Part shown: positions 1 through 14,993 of the stretch, piece by piece
How the letters are laid out: each line of letters opens with the position of its first letter
Numbering within the stretch: the first letter of the stretch is position 1
NCBI RefSeq assembly: GCF_028641065.1
Contig: NC_073380.1
Span: 104,656,001 to 104,720,000 of the forward strand
DNA length: 64,000 nucleotides
From: Leucoraja erinacea
Taxonomy: Eukaryota
Reading direction: 5' to 3'
Made by a program: the position numbers and the translations under genes
Notes under the pieces: generated by a model
Databases searched by the model: none
Told to the model about the DNA's origin: nothing
Seen by the model: the letters and a program-made list of their open reading frames with translations, nothing else

Positions 1-3000
1 GCACTGGTGGAGCATGACCTAACTTTGCTACTGGCTTACTTAATTATGCCAAAGTCAGTAAAGTGGTAGATTATTTGCTCAACATCCAGGAGCAGATAGG
101 AAAGACATTTCCACCCGCTAAATTTAGAGGCCATTGTCCTTGGTAAGTGCCTCCAATCCATTAGCTACTCACCTCTCCCTGGAATCTAAGGCAGAACTTG
201 ATTGGTTCTGGCCTTGACATGATATTTTAAACCAAGATAAACTCTTAATGTCATTCCCATGCCTTCATTAATGGAAATTTTACTCTTCTCTTTTACAACT
301 CCATCTTCGCTCACTTTATTTACTGCTGAAACCTACCTATGTTAGCATAAGACTTGACATTCTCTTCAGGCCAGCATCTGCAAGCCTAATACCCATAATC
401 TAACTTTCATTAAGAATTCTTCATCCAGTACCCTATGCTTCCAAATCTATTCAGATTCCGAGCTAAGCAACAACTCAATTTTAAGATGGTCTTTCTCATA
501 TTCATAGACTTGATCTTTCTTATCTCTTTAAATCTTTTCATCATTTTTAAATATTTGAGCTCTTCCAATTTTTGAAAGGTATTGACTCACAGCAGACCCT
601 AAAAAATGTTCCCGCATCCGTGAAGGTGCTTTTAAAACTTATCTCTTTGACCAAGTTTTTAGTCATCTCCTTTAATATCTCATCATGTGCTTTAGTCAAA
701 TTTTCTTTATTGTACCCATGTGAGTTGTCTTCATTCAAGACACAATTAAGAGGTAGTCAATGTTGCCATTCATCTTGCGTTTGTACTGACATTAAATTGT
801 GATTTGAGCAAACTGTTTGTTATGCAATGCGGGTCCCTCAGTACTCCACACAATGACGGATCTGATCATTTAGTTCAAAAACATGTAACCTTACGAAAAC
901 GGGAAAATTAAGCGATGATCACAGACAGTGAGTTATTGCAATCCAAGAACAACTTCTTCCTGATTGTGCATTCTCCCATTCTGTCTCATACGCCCAAGGG
1001 TAAAAGATATGAACATCCAATAATGTGGGTTTGGCTGGTTTGAAAGCATGCAGGATTGAGTGTGCAAATGGTACATTCACAATTTAGTGCTTGTGATGTT
1101 GAACTGAAAACCAGAGCATGGTAAATTAAAAACTAGAAATCAAATAAAAAGCTGTTCTCAGTACAAGTAATTATGAAGCTGTTGGGTTCTCATAAAAACA
1201 TAACTGGTTCACAAGGGAAACCCGTTATCCTCAGCCAGAATAGTATGCAGTTCCAGTCCCACAATACTATCGTTGTTCAGTCATCATTTGAAGTGACCTG
1301 GCAGTCCTTCCAGTTGTATGAAATTGCCACAAGAATGCCACGATAATTGGAATGTATGAGTAATTGCATCGTTGAAGGATTTCCCCACCTCAGCTGCAAC
1401 ATTTTGAGATGTCTCCCCACCCTTTCAGCACATTTAATAACAAGAAATGTCATAAGCATAAATTTAATATCAAACCAACAGATTTTAAATGTCCAGTGCT
1501 TCTTAATAGTACATCAACCTGTCATGTGATAGCAGTGAATTTTATCGAAATTTATAGAGAACTATTCAATAATTTTGTCGACGGAGTGTATCTTTTATAG
1601 ATGTTTACTTATTCGTATGCTGTTTAGTGAGATTATCAAAGCATCGTTATAATGAATAAAATATTGTGTTAATGAGCTGAATAAACAGTTGCATTTTATC
1701 AGTAAATCTATTGATAAATATCTGTCTTCACAGCAGCATACATTGGATTATAATAAATTAAATCTAAGCAAAGAAAACCAAATGCAAGGTCGTGCAAGGG
1801 ATGAACATGAAGTGGACACAATTTGCTTGTCATTATTTCATTTGCTATAATATTTATAAACAGAGTGTTCAACCATTCAGCGGGGAAGTGTGATCCAAAG
1901 TAGCAACATCTGGAGAAGGGATCAGTGAGACAAAGTATACTGTGAACACCAGGATGAAATTAGATTTCTGAGTGGCAACTGAAAATGCATTCCCTCAAAA
2001 GCAATAATACTGAAATACTCTTCTCAACATTCAGACAAAAACAGAGCATACTCCATTCCTTTAATTGGGTGAAAGTTTGCTTAAAAGGCATTCCTGCTTT
2101 TGTATGATTCTCTTCAATTTTCCTGATCAAATCATTCACCGGAACTGTGTTAAGAAACTTTTTAATTCTATACCTGAAAGCTAAAATGGAGATTCACTGA
2201 TAGGGATATTTTGAGCTGATTGAAATGCTCTTATGAAAGGGTTGCGTTGGAATTATTGGAACATAAGGAACATTATTATTTAATAGCTGGTACTATATAA
2301 ATTCAACCGCGACTGTGAAAATACGGAATGGATTGTTTGACAGTCCGGTGGCAGTAATGCAAGGACGGCATTACTGAAAGCATAACATTAAAAAATATTT
2401 AGAGCAAATAATTGCCTTCAGTTTTCAATATTAATAATTGCAATGTATTATTATAACTGTCGCAGGTACATTGTTTTTCACAGCAAAGTCTCTGATATGT
2501 GGCTTATTTAATTTAAATTGTTCCTCCTAAAATCTGCCTTAGCAACAGCAAACCATGTAAAATCTGCAAGATCTGGTTGCATGAGTGAAACTCCGCTGAG
2601 TACATGGCCCTTGGGGCATCATTTAAATTTAGATCGTGACCCAGTGGGAAATGAGAGTTGAGCATTAATGCCATGACCACAGAACTAAAAGATCTCCACT
2701 GGAAACCCATAATATTAAACAGTAAGATCGCATAGAGTGCTTGTGTTTTCTCAGCGGATTTTCTAATTTACCTATTTTGTTCAATAATGCAAAGTTTTCT
2801 TCCATCACGATCATTATACTAGACCAACACTTTATTTTCACAGAATAAATTTTCAAGACTTGTAACCAAAAGATGAATTCTTCATTGATAGTAGGTATAA
2901 CACATTCAGAGAATACATCTGTCCTACCAAATAATTAATGCATTACATTGATGCAATAGATTATTAATATAAGAAAATTGAGAACAATGGCAATGTAATT

Positions 3001-4136
3001 TGTTCCATGTGTTCTGTCTGACATCGAGTGAGATATATGCTATTGGACCCTGCATACATATTTGAATATATACATGAACACAAACCAGAGCTATCAGTCT
3101 GATGCAATTATTATGCATTAGATTATATCAACGGGTGTCATACATTGTAAAGCAATTTAAAGGGAATAGAAATATGGCTGTTTTCAATGGGGAAAAATCT
3201 AACTGTCTTAACTTCTAAAGCAAAATGTGTTAGTCCTATTGTGAATAATTGCCTTAATCAGAGCAGCATGCATGCATTCACGTAAAGCCACCAGAATGTA
3301 TATCTAATTTGCATGACCAATTTAATCAAAAAGGGGAACAATGAGAAAATAAAGGACTGAGAGATTCTTCAATCCATTAGTAGAAATGCTATTTTTTATG
3401 CCCACTTAAAACTGCTTTCATGGTGGCCACTTGTTGAATGAGATGATGCTTTCAATCAGAGGCATATTTTGATTCAGATGAAGAAAGCATATTTTAACTC
3501 AGTTGTTTGAGTCTTTAAGAGGTTTAACCAAATCCTAGAAAACATGGAAAGACAGAGGCAGAAAACAATGAAGTGATGTGCATGTGAAGGAGGGGTGGCT
3601 CAAAAATAGGATAGCAAAATCGAACAATATTATTGAAGTGCATTCATTTCATCACTTTTGAAAGTCTATTTCTGGAAACAATCTTGGCATCCATATGTCA
3701 AAATTCCACCTCCATGTAAATCAATCAATGAAGAGGTTCTTATCCGAAATGTGATCAAACAGCAGGAGAATTAAAGAATGACTTACGTGATGTTGATGAC
3801 CAATTTCCTGGCAGCTAATAAACAAGCTGCCAACTAACTCCAAATAATCGTGGATCTATTTGTCGGTTTAAAATTCCGCACGTTAATTGATCGATGAATA
3901 AATGGATTTTATCTTTACAAAATAGTGCAAAGCCTCACACTCCCTTTCAAGTTGTAATCACGTGCCTTGCATTGAATTAATGTAAATAGATATGGATTCA
4001 TTTTGTGAGTCATTATCTCATGACACCAGAGGCCAATAAACAGAGGCATCAAGTGTATCCAATCTGCCAAGAGAATGAATACGTTGTTGCGTTTGTTTTG
4101 AGAAGGAACCAACGCAATACAGTTAGCAATCCGTCC

Positions 4137-4250
4137 TGATACCCGAAACGGCGCCCGCCCATATCCCTCCACAGATGCTGCCCGACCCGCTGTGTTCCTC
4201 CAGCACTGAGTTTTGCTCAAGATTCCAGCATCTGCAGTCTCTTGTGTATT
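4137..4250 (+). mobile_element. Penelope-type terminal repeat module, 5' truncated
   Basis: cccgaaacg...cagatgctgcccgacccgctg...ctccagcac...ccagcatctgcagt; same module at 4826, 15916, 19944, 22875 and 34640. Confidence 0.6.
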
Positions 4251-4825
4251 TGTCAAAATACCTATATATTTTGTGCTCATATAATATCCGTAACACGATT
4301 CGGCTATTTAGGAACTTCACGGTGATCATTGCCTAATCAATATTAATTGCCATTTGTTGTAGAACACAATAAAATAAAAGTTGTTAGATGTTTTATAATG
4401 CTCCGAAATGTGTTGGATTCACCACTACATCTTTGAAAGAATATAAAAACTACACTTTGATCTCTGGACCATTTAGACCAATAAACGGACTTGAATCTCA
4501 ACATAGAAACCAACTGTGATGTGGCATGGTAAATTGAAAACCAGAGAAGGGTATCTATCGCATGCAGAGTGACAACGGTGTGTTTTTTTACCATTCATTC
4601 CCGACGAGCAAGCGTAGAATGAATTACGCGAGCGGACACTTAAAGTATAACATTGGTTGCGTTAACTTAGTGGCAGATACTTTTAATGTTGGCACACAGG
4701 AGATCTATTTCTGTTGCCAATAATTATTTCGGTCAATAGGGGATGATTTAGTTATTTACATTGTTGTGGTTAAGCATTTTTTTTTAATTACCTTTAGCGC
4801 GCAGACTGGTCGCCGTTGTTTTTAG

Positions 4826-4916
4826 CAAAGGTACACAAAAATGCTGGAGAAACTCAGCGGGTGCAGCAGCATCTATGGAGCGAAGGAAATAGGCGACGTT
4901 TCGGGCCGAAACCCTT
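4826..4916 (-). mobile_element. Penelope-type terminal repeat module with partial hammerhead motif
   Basis: Reverse complement reads AAGGGTTTCGGCCCGAAACGTCgcctatttccttcgctccatagatgctgc; the CTGANGA box is missing. Confidence 0.6.
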
Positions 4917-5276
4917 GCAACTCTGGTTATTGGATTAATGGGCTTACACAGTTCTCATTGGTAAAAATACATTATTACACCAAATTTGGTGTCAAAGTAT
5001 TAGAAGAACTGGCGCATTTGTGATGTTATTTTATATTTAAATCTGATGGTGGGGGGGGGGGGTTAGTTGGGTTTAACCCAAGATAGAGCAACCAGTCACT
5101 ATGCAATCACAATGGTCAATTTAGAAGTAAGAAGAAAACAATGTTTAAATTGGAGTTCGCATTCGTATAGGCAGACATTGTGAACCTCGGTTCCACGCGG
5201 AGAGAGATGTGTTTGCGTGTCAGAGCATTGATTGACAGATTAAAAAAAATAGCACATCAATAAATAATTGGGTCCT

Positions 5277-5282
5277 TTTATT
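5277..5282 (-). terminator. Candidate CBLN2 polyadenylation signal AATAAA
   Basis: tttatt on + strand about 670 nt downstream of the stop codon; actual 3' end may be more distal. Confidence 0.35.
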
Positions 5283-5951
5283 ATAACCATTCGTTTGTAA
5301 GTCTCGTTCTTATTAGTCTATAGGTTACTCTGTCTGCACCCAAAGGTCAAAGAACACCGACCACAACACATAGAAGGAACAAGAGCTGCATCCGTCCGTG
5401 CAAAGAATTCCAATAAAAGCACTTCTTCAAAACGAGCGCACCCACAGAAACGCTACATGAATTTCCCCAAATCTCAAAAAGAAAACACGCCACTGAATTC
5501 GGACTTGTTCTTTACTTAAGCCTATATACGAACACGAAATAAAGCATTACTAGAACATTTAAATCAAAACCCTAACTTCTGTTTAATTTTTGTTACGCTG
5601 TTTGGATCAGCAGTTTTGCCAGTGCGCTCTTGTTCACCAAAGGATCGTCTCGTCTGATCAATAATCCGTCCGGAGAAAAATCCAGCTTCTGTTTTCCAGC
5701 CAGAAATTGGCCTTGCCAATCATTTCACTTGATATCCTAAAGTGCAGTCCACCAGACCTACTCAGTACCACGTTGGTCAAGGCAATTGTCAGTATTCAAA
5801 TAAATTATTCTAATCGGTAGGAAATCGCTCAGTCCCTTCCGCAGCAGTTAGATGATTTTGGTTTTACGAATCTTGTTGTTCCGTTGCAATATTGAGAATG
5901 TACATGGCGATTTGCCCTCCTGAGAGGGGGTTGACGAACGCCTCTGATCCT

Positions 5952-6173
<222 letters not shown>

Positions 6174-6336
6174 TTACCTTGCTTTAACGCTTCCACGTTT
6201 AGAGACCTTCTAACGCATTTTTGTCTACCATCACCCCTTCCCCAGCTGCATTAAACTGTGAAAAGCTAACTCCTTGAGAAACCTCTTCCTTTCTCCCTCT
6301 CTCGAGCCAATTCCATCTATCCACCTCTGAGAGTTA

Positions 6337-6627
<291 letters not shown>

Positions 6628-7264
6628 TCACAGCCTCCGAAAACTTGGGGTGGTGCGGTGGGAGGCATTGTTGTTTGCAAAAGAAAAATGCCATCATGGA
6701 GTTTACTCCCCTCCCCTCACCCCGTATTCAATCTAATCCCTGGGACAATAAAATACATGGGGGGCTGATGGGGTAGCAACCACGATATTGTACGCGGGGG
6801 CCGTGACAAAGGGAGGTCGGGTACAACACAGGATACAAGGGCACGTTATCATGAAACGCGGACTACCTGCGGCTACAACAAGTCTGTCTTTAAGCTGCAA
6901 TGGGGGGGAAGTTTACAAAATGCGACGGGTTGGAACTTGCGAGCAGTTTCTGTGCCCCTGCATCGGGAAGAGAAAGTTGGCGCCTCAGATCAGATTGCAC
7001 GATTAGCTATCGTGTCTAGGGTGAAATCGTATCACTGTGCTCTCAAACATTCGACTTAAAATAACTTAAAATGAAAGCATGCTTTGTCGTGCCCCTGAAG
7101 CGCACGGCGATGGTTCTGCAGAATGCAACAGCCAGCCGCTAGTTTTTGCTGTCCTCTATCCATTAATATAAACGAGAGGTTGGATGCCGGGCGCCGTGAG
7201 GGTAGCCAGCGTTGTCCGAAGGGGTACGTAGAGTGGAGGGTGCACAAAGTGTGGTACCGTATTA

Positions 7265-7821
<557 letters not shown>

Positions 7822-8325
7822 CTAGAACAAGACAAAATCAATACAAGACAAAAATGTCCAATGTAGACTGAATACATCTTATAGCGAGCTCAGATCCTAA
7901 CAGAATAATATTGCCAAGCTGTCATCACAGGCGTTATTCTCCGCTTCTTCGTCCTGTATTAGTTTTTGCCCAGTCCCCTCCCCCGCCCTGAACGCTGCTG
8001 ATGGAGGAATTCTACAATTGAATTTGACTCGCTGCACTCCATCTCCCCCGCGGTCTGCTCAACTTTCTCTTCCTCCAATTGCCCCAGAGTACAACATCAA
8101 TGTGAGTCTCCCCGCGCCGCTCTGTACCCCCTCCCCTCTCCTCCGCCCACCTCCCCTGCGTCTGGTCGCTGGGCTGAAAGCGATAGCCCGTTATTTTTAA
8201 ATAAGAAAAAAAAAGTTGTTAGTATAAATATTATTTTCCACACAAAGCATCAGTCCACATTGATTTCCGAGAGAAAAAAGAAACGGGACGCATTTAAATG
8301 TATCAGCGATGAAGGCTGTTCTTAC

Positions 8326-8715
8326 CGTATTAAATGCGTGGAGATCTCCAAGTTAGATACAATATTTACCGATGTTCTCAGTTCACTGTCCCCTTGCACT
8401 AAGCCCGCTAATTTGATATGGTCTAACATTACGCTTGCAGTGAGATGCCCACGCCGGTGATGGTGTTACCTGGCAGATCCATGGTGGCATGACAGTGTGA
8501 TCACACTATCCCTCTCTCAATCTGTGGTGTAAGGGTAATGAGCTGGAGATCTGTTGGCAGAAAGGAAGCAGAAAGTCGCCTCTCCCTCCCCCGCCAGCAG
8601 CTCATTCTCAAACACACACACACACACACGTAAGCTCTCATACTCACTGACCGGGATTCAGGTAGCAGGCACCGAATCAAAGCAAGCGGGCAGCACACGG
8701 CAGCTTTTTAAAGAG
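8326..8715 (-). promoter_or_regulatory. Probable CBLN2 core promoter and non-coding first exon(s)
   Basis: TATA-like TTTAAAAAG on minus strand at ~8713-8704; candidate donors CAG|GTAAC (8469) and ACG|GTAAG (8325); CpG-rich surroundings; (TG)n tract at 8612-8629. TSS inferred, not observed. Confidence 0.45.
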
Positions 8716-9741
8716 CCCCCTTCACGGCTCATAGTCGATTTGTAGTCGTGCAGTCCCACAGCCCTTCCAGATATTTTCGCTGGAGTTGCACCTTTCCCCC
8801 ACTTTACTGTGTCGGATTTCCAGATGTATCAATCAAGGTTTACAACACCCCCTTTCAAAATCATCGGGGGCTGTTGATGCACTGAAAGCAATTGGACTTT
8901 CTTATGTGTATGTCTGCAAGCACGCACACACACACACATACATACATGCAAGGAGATCCATATTACATATAAATATGTCATACATCCACATATAATGATG
9001 CATATATATCTCCACATTGTGTATCTATATAGAGAGACTTATTTGGATGAATGCATCTGCATATATATATAAAATGATCAAAAACATTGACATATGGACA
9101 TATATGCTATGTGTATGGTTCCTATCAAAGATTAATAGTTTAAAAAAACAATGCAATGTATTTGTTTAATTGCAGACATGCTCACAAATTTTTGTGGTGC
9201 TGTAACTTAATATTTCTAATCAGATGGATGATATATTTTTTTAAATGAAGGGGTCTTATCTTTGGAAACATCAAAGGGTTTCCAAGTGCATGAGCTGAAA
9301 TCACCAAGGTTGTAATTGCTTAGATTCTTTTTATTGCCGACTCCGCCGTGCCAGCATACATCAGCGCCATCACGTGGCTATATTGAGAACATCTACATTA
9401 AACCTGCTATCTCTCTAAATCTCGTCTGTAGGTAAACCTATTTCGAACGGTGAATGGTGATGCCAGAAAGATGGCGCACCTGATTAAAATGATTTGGAAA
9501 ATTCACTTCAATGTCAAGGAGCTTGAAGGGTTGTTTTTCGAACGTTTTACCTGTAAAATGGCCCGTTCATTCATAAAGTGTAGGGCAGAAGATTTTCTCA
9601 CTGCAGTGTGTGCTCATGTATGCTGCCTACCTAAAACAAGAGCTGACATAGGCCAGACACGCTAGTTAAATGGGACGTGCTGTACTATACCAGCTGTCCA
9701 AGAGAGCCGGAATTTGAAGTCATCAAATCTCTATAATTTAC

Positions 9742-10345
9742 AAGAGTCAAGAGTCAAGAATGTTTAATTGTCATGTGTAAACGACAATGGAACAATTACA
9801 TTCTTATTTATGCCCCTATCCCACTTAGGAAACCTGAACGGAAACCTCTGGAGATGTTGCGCCCCACCCAAGGTTTCCGTGCGGTTCCCGGAGGTTCCCA
9901 GAGGTTTTTGTCAGTCTCCCTGCCTGCTTCCACTACCTGCAACCTCCGGCAACCACCTGCAACCTCCGGGAACCGCACGGAAACCTTGGGTGGGGTGCAA
10001 AGTCCTCAGAGGTTTACGTTCAGGTTTCCTAAGTGGGACAGGGGCATTACTTGCAGCAGCTTAACGGGTCCCTATATATAATTCCCACAGATAATATGTG
10101 ATGATCTTATAAAAGTCAATAAATATACTGATATGGACATACCAAATCTCCTCAATCTTCAAAGGAAGTTGAGGTGATGAAGAGATTTTTTGTTGTGATT
10201 GCATCAATGTGCTGTGCTCAGGACAGATCTTCAGAGACAAAGCTTTTCACTGTACGTCAATACACTGGCGATAAACTAAACTGAGATAGGCATGCCCAGG
10301 AACTCAAAGCCATTCACTCTCTCCACTGGCATCCTGTTTTTGAAG
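9742..10345 (-). mobile_element. Rex1/Babar LINE 3' fragment (hosts a MITE)
   Basis: (GACTCTT)n tail plus GACAATTAAA on minus strand; degenerate RT C-terminal sequence at 10130-10330 similar to 13461-13620. Confidence 0.6.
9811..10046. mobile_element. Palindromic MITE, PIF/Harbinger-type (TTA TSD)
   Basis: ~85-bp inverted arms tgcccctatcccacttaggaaacctgaacg.../...cgttcaggtttcctaagtgggacaggggca; TTA at 9808-9810 and 10047-10049. Confidence 0.85.
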
Positions 10346-10746
10346 ACAGGTTTGCTATTCCTTGGCTGTCTGTAGAAGTGGCCATAAAGTCGGCTGTATA
10401 TATATTCAGGCAACTATATTTTCTAATCCAAATCTGTTGGCACATAAAATGGAAGAAAAGCAAAATATGTATTTTAGAAAATGTGGTGAAGGGAACGCTA
10501 AGGTCTGTTTAATGCCCATATTGTAATTTATATACAAAATTAAAAAATATTGATAAAAACATATTTAAAACAAGTGTGCATATGGGTGTGAGACTACACT
10601 GTTGAAAACACTGTTTCTACATAATGCTATGATATTATTTAGAGACACAGGCACAACAGTCTAGGGGCATTGTATACTGTTGTGGAGAATGCTGCTTGAA
10701 ACCGATTGTAAATTGCCCGTGGATTCATCTGTCAACTATTCACATT

Positions 10747-11763
10747 TGTAGGGGTTTAGCGTTTTCCCTTTACTCCACTTCGAGCCCAACTGCCCGAGTT
10801 ATTCTCTCCCTTGTCGGAGGGTCAAACGGCCACCACTCCACTCGAGCGGTTTCCAAGAGAGAGAATACAACAAAAGGGATTCCCCTAGGTTCTAGACCTC
10901 GGAATTATGGTGGGATATGATAAAAGGTTGAATTGACCAGAGTGTGCTGATGAGAGAAAACAGAAACTAAGATGGACTCAAAGCAAGTCTAAAATTTACA
11001 GGCTTTATTAAACAATGAGAAATCGAATCTCGCCAACACTACATAATACGTGGCTAAACTTATGCTTTAAACTAAGACTATGGACGGAAAACTATCGGGC
11101 ATATTGTAAAACTTACTTTACACAATTTTACCCCCCTTTCCACTTTATCTTCTCAACCTCTATCCTATTTCAGTAATTTCACCAGGTCACCGGGATACTC
11201 ACAGCTAGGTTGATACAGGCTCACGAGCTGTCCAGCAGAGCAGAAAGAGAAAGAGTTCTGGCTTGACTCCTGTTTTTACACCTGAGTTTCCTTTGAAACC
11301 CCCAGGTGGTCCTCTGGATAAAAGGGTTCTTTTGATGATTCCCAGTTTCGATCTGGCATGAACAATAGGCTTCCGATGATAAGGGGTTTGCTGATGTCAT
11401 GATCCCTCAGCCTGATCGTTATCCCATCGCCTGGATGGGCTCCTATTGTCTCAATGGTTGGTTCATCCAAGATGGTGATTGTGCTTGTGCTGGCCTGTTT
11501 ACCACCGTCTGCTGAGGCTTGGTTCCTTCCTTTGTGTATCCAAGAAAATCTCGTTATCTCCGTCTCAGCCTTTCCTGTCCACTTCATTTGCACAGTTGTG
11601 TGATACCCAAATCCACAGGCCAGACAGGTTTGAAACTTGAAACTGATTCTTTCTGTGGATTGGTGTTTTTTCTGTTGCAGCCAGCAAATCTGTCCTTTTA
11701 AAATATCCATGTCCTTATCCGAGTTCTTCCATAATTTTGGAGGATTTGCCCCAATAACTTACA
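10747..11763 (-). mobile_element. Solo LTR (ERV1- or Gypsy-type), 1017 bp
   Basis: TGTA...TACA termini with 4-bp TSD CATT (10743-10746 and 11764-11767); minus-strand TATA-like TGTAAAAA (~11280-11273) followed by AATAAA (11009-11004). Confidence 0.75.
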
Positions 11764-12347
11764 CATTCCAATCAATGCCACTCCTCGAGTTTCTTTTCCT
11801 TACCCCATCCCTTCAGCTCTTATTTCGACCATTCATCCAATCCTCGGCATTCAATCTTCTATCCTATTTTCCCTATGATTTCTACCTGATCTCCACTTCC
11901 AACTCCAAGTAAACCACAAGTTAATATTAAAATGGCTTGCACACAGACACATATGTGACCTCAATATTTGGTGTTCTCGACTATCTTTGATGTTGGTGTT
12001 AGATGGAAGAAATAAGATGTTGTTTAGAAGTGCATAGATCGGATCAACCAGAAACATTTGCATCTTTGTATTGAATATTACTAGTGTTGGAATCTTGAAT
12101 GGAAGTGTTGAATAGCATCCTTGCTTTCAGCAGCAACTCTTGATGCCAGTTCAACAGGAGATCTGCTCATCTTCCAAGAATGAGATTTGTGATCCAGAAA
12201 CATCCAGGGGTTATGGTTTACTGTGTGCACCTTGGCTCATCTCTGAGGGGAAAATTAGTAAATAGAATGTCAATTGTTCACTAATCTCCTTAGGGGATCC
12301 AATGTCTTTATCACTTTATCTTATGTAAGTGCAATTCCATTTACAAA

Positions 12348-12470
12348 TAAGTTCATAAGTTCATAAGTCCAAGGTGCAGAATTGGACCATTCGCCCCATC
12401 AAGGCCACTCCGCCGTTCAATCTATCTTTCACTCTCAACCCCATTCTCCTGCCTTCTCCCCATAACACCA
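12348..12470 (-). mobile_element. CR1 LINE 3' tail
   Basis: ataagttc repeats, gcagaattggaccattcgcccc, tctcctgccttctccccataa, matching other CR1 3' ends here. Confidence 0.7.
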
Positions 12471-12855
12471 GTTCATAACTGCCAATCAGATGAACTAACA
12501 AGCCATATTGCAATGGTTTGAGAAAACTCACAATCATCTTCGTATGATAACCAGAATAGGATTTATAATTGCCAGTTGTGCTTTGAAACTTAATTTTTGA
12601 ACTTTAGTTTTCTCTAACTTACTTGCAGTTTGTGTGGACAAGGACTATGAAATGCAATGTGACTTTTGCTCTAAAATTCTGGATACTTATTTATTAATAT
12701 ATCACATCATGATCTGATCTCGAAGTCCAATGATTTATGAGAAAATTAGTTCTTGATCTCCCGACCTACCTCATTGCAGCACTGGAATATTTTTTATCTG
12801 TACTTGTTCTGCAGCTAGAATATTTTTCACTACATTTTGTCTTTCTTCTTCACTA

Positions 12856-13460
12856 CAAGATACAAGATACAAGCTACATTTATTTGTCATATGTACCAGA
12901 TGGCACAGTGAAATGTGATCACCATACAGCCATACAATAAAATAAAGAACACACCACACCACACGATAGAGTTCAACATAAAATATCCCCACACAGCAGA
13001 ATCAAAACTTTCCCACTGTGAGGGAAGGCACCAAAGTCAGTCTCTTCCTCGATGTTCACCCATGTTCGGGGCCTCCGGAGCCCTCCGCAGTCGCCGCTAT
13101 GGGCATCCCGCCGCTCAGGCCTGCTCGCTGGGATGTTGGAACTCCTATGTCGGGACTGGAGGTCAACCTCAGTGGCTTGGGCCTCCAAAACGGCCACTTC
13201 CCACCGGACTCTACAGCTCCCGACGCCCCAGGCCTCGCCGGGCGGAGATTCACCACTGGCGGTCCTCGACAAAGGGCCCCAGGGACTCCGCAATGTCGGT
13301 CAGTGCAGCCCGCATTGGGAGCTCCGCAAACCACAGCCCCGCGATGTCGATGCTGCAAGCCCCATGCTCCGGAGCTCCAAAGAGCGATCCAGGTAGGTAT
13401 CGCCCACTCCGCGGTGAATCTAGCGCCGCGCCGCCGCTGCCGAAGCTCTGGTCCGGTCTC
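12856..13460 (-). mobile_element. GC-rich non-autonomous retroposon (window family A), 5' truncated
   Basis: (TATCTTG)n tail plus GACAAATAAA; conserved GCCTTCCCTCACAGTG...CTGTGTGGGGATA hairpin; closest to 28389-28995. Confidence 0.65.
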
Positions 13461-14137
13461 GGTGGAAAGTGTCAAGAACTTCAATTTCCTAGGCGTGCAT
13501 ATTTCCGAAGATCTTTCCTGGTCCCAGCACACTGATGCACTTATAAAGAAGGCACATCAGCGCCACTACTTCCTGAGAAGATTACGGAGAGTCGGAATGT
13601 CAAAGAGGACTCTCTCAAACTTCTACAGGTGCACAGTAGAGAGCATTTAGACTGGCTGCACCATGGCTTGGTACGGCAACTTGGATGTCCAGGACAGGAA
13701 AAGAATGCAGAAATTTGTGACCACTGCACAGTCCATCATCGGCTCTGACCTCCCCACCATCGAAGGGATCAATCGCAGTTGCTGCCTCAAAAGGCAGTCA
13801 GCATCATTAAAGAGCCACACCATCCTGGCCACACACTCATCTCTACATTGTCATCGGGAAGACGGTACAGGAGCTAGAAATCTGGATCATCCAAGTTCAA
13901 GACCAGCTTCTTCCCCACAGCCATTAGGCTGATAAATACGACATCAAACAAACTCTGAACAAAAATTGTCTATTGCATTGTATCTGTTTATTTATTGTGT
14001 ACATATATGGTCTATGGTATACAGACACACTTTCATCTCCTGTTCTGTATTACATTTACATATTCTGTTGTACTGCAGCGAGCAAGAATTTGGGCTATCT
14101 GGGACACATGACAATAAAACTCTCTTGAGTCTTGACT
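13461..14137 (+). mobile_element. Rex1/Babar LINE 3' fragment
   Basis: VESVKNFNFLGVHISEDLSWSQHTDALIKKAHQRHYFLRRLRR...FYRCTVESI*, AWYGN; tail gacaataaaactctcttgagtcttgac. Confidence 0.88.
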
Positions 14138-14194
14138 TCTTGACATCAAAATTAGCAACCCATGGATTGAATATCTCCAAAAGTTTACAGACAG

Positions 14195-14993
14195 GCACAG
14201 ATGGCAGCGGCTCGACTACAGTCGTCTGTCTTTTTTTATTTTTGTCTTGTTAAATGTATGTCTTTGAGTCAGTTTTTATTATTATTTTTTAGCTGTGTAT
14301 ATGTGGGGGGTGGTGGGTGTGGGGGAAACCGTTTGAATCTCTTCCCTGTGCAGGGACCCAACTATTCCGTCGGGTCTCGGATGTCGTTGGGCCTAACATC
14401 GTGGAGCCGGCGGCGACCTCCGGCCGGGACTAACCTGGGGGCTCCAGTTACAGAGCCTGTGGAACTGACATCGCGGAGCTGGCCAACTTCGGAGCGGGAA
14501 GAGCTGTGGTGGCGTGCGGCTGCCACCCGACTTTTGCAGTTCGGAGGCACCGGCCGCAGACCCGGTGGACGGGAACATCGGGAGCTCGCGGGTCCCTGGT
14601 GGGAGACCGCTTTTCCGAGCTCCGCAACGGCGACTTCTCCCGCTGGAATCGCGGGTTTAAGGACATGGAGCCAGGGCCTAACATCGCCCGGCGCGGCTTA
14701 AACGGCCTCAGGACTTTCCATCGCCCACCGGGGGCTTTAACATGAGAGCCCCAGTTCACCTCGACACTGCAGTTGGACTGCTGGACCACGGGAGAAGGAA
14801 CAAAGGGAAGAGATAAAGACTTTGCCTTCCATCACAGTGAGGAGATGTTGGAGACTCACTGTGATGGATGTTTATGGAAACTATGTTAAGTGTGGGTCTT
14901 GGATTGTTTTGTAATGTAAAAAAACTGTAGAAATGGAATTTCGTTCAAACCCAGGTTTGAATGACAATAAATAGCATTCTATTCTATTCTATT
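14195..14993 (+). mobile_element. GC-rich non-autonomous retroposon (family A), apparently full length
   Basis: 5' GATGGCAGCGGC, T-rich block, GGGGGAAAC, GCCTAACATC; 3' CCATCACAGTGAG...CTCACTGTGATGG hairpin, TTCAAACC/GGTTTGAA stem, GACAATAAA, (ATTCT)n. Confidence 0.7.

Noticed and set aside
1-830. Possible ancient LINE relic at the window start
   Set aside because: Too degenerate to assign from the sequence alone.
11276-11710. 144-aa ORF in the LTR U3 as an accessory (sag/nef-like) gene
   Set aside because: No recognisable motif; cannot be supported without comparing other LTR copies.
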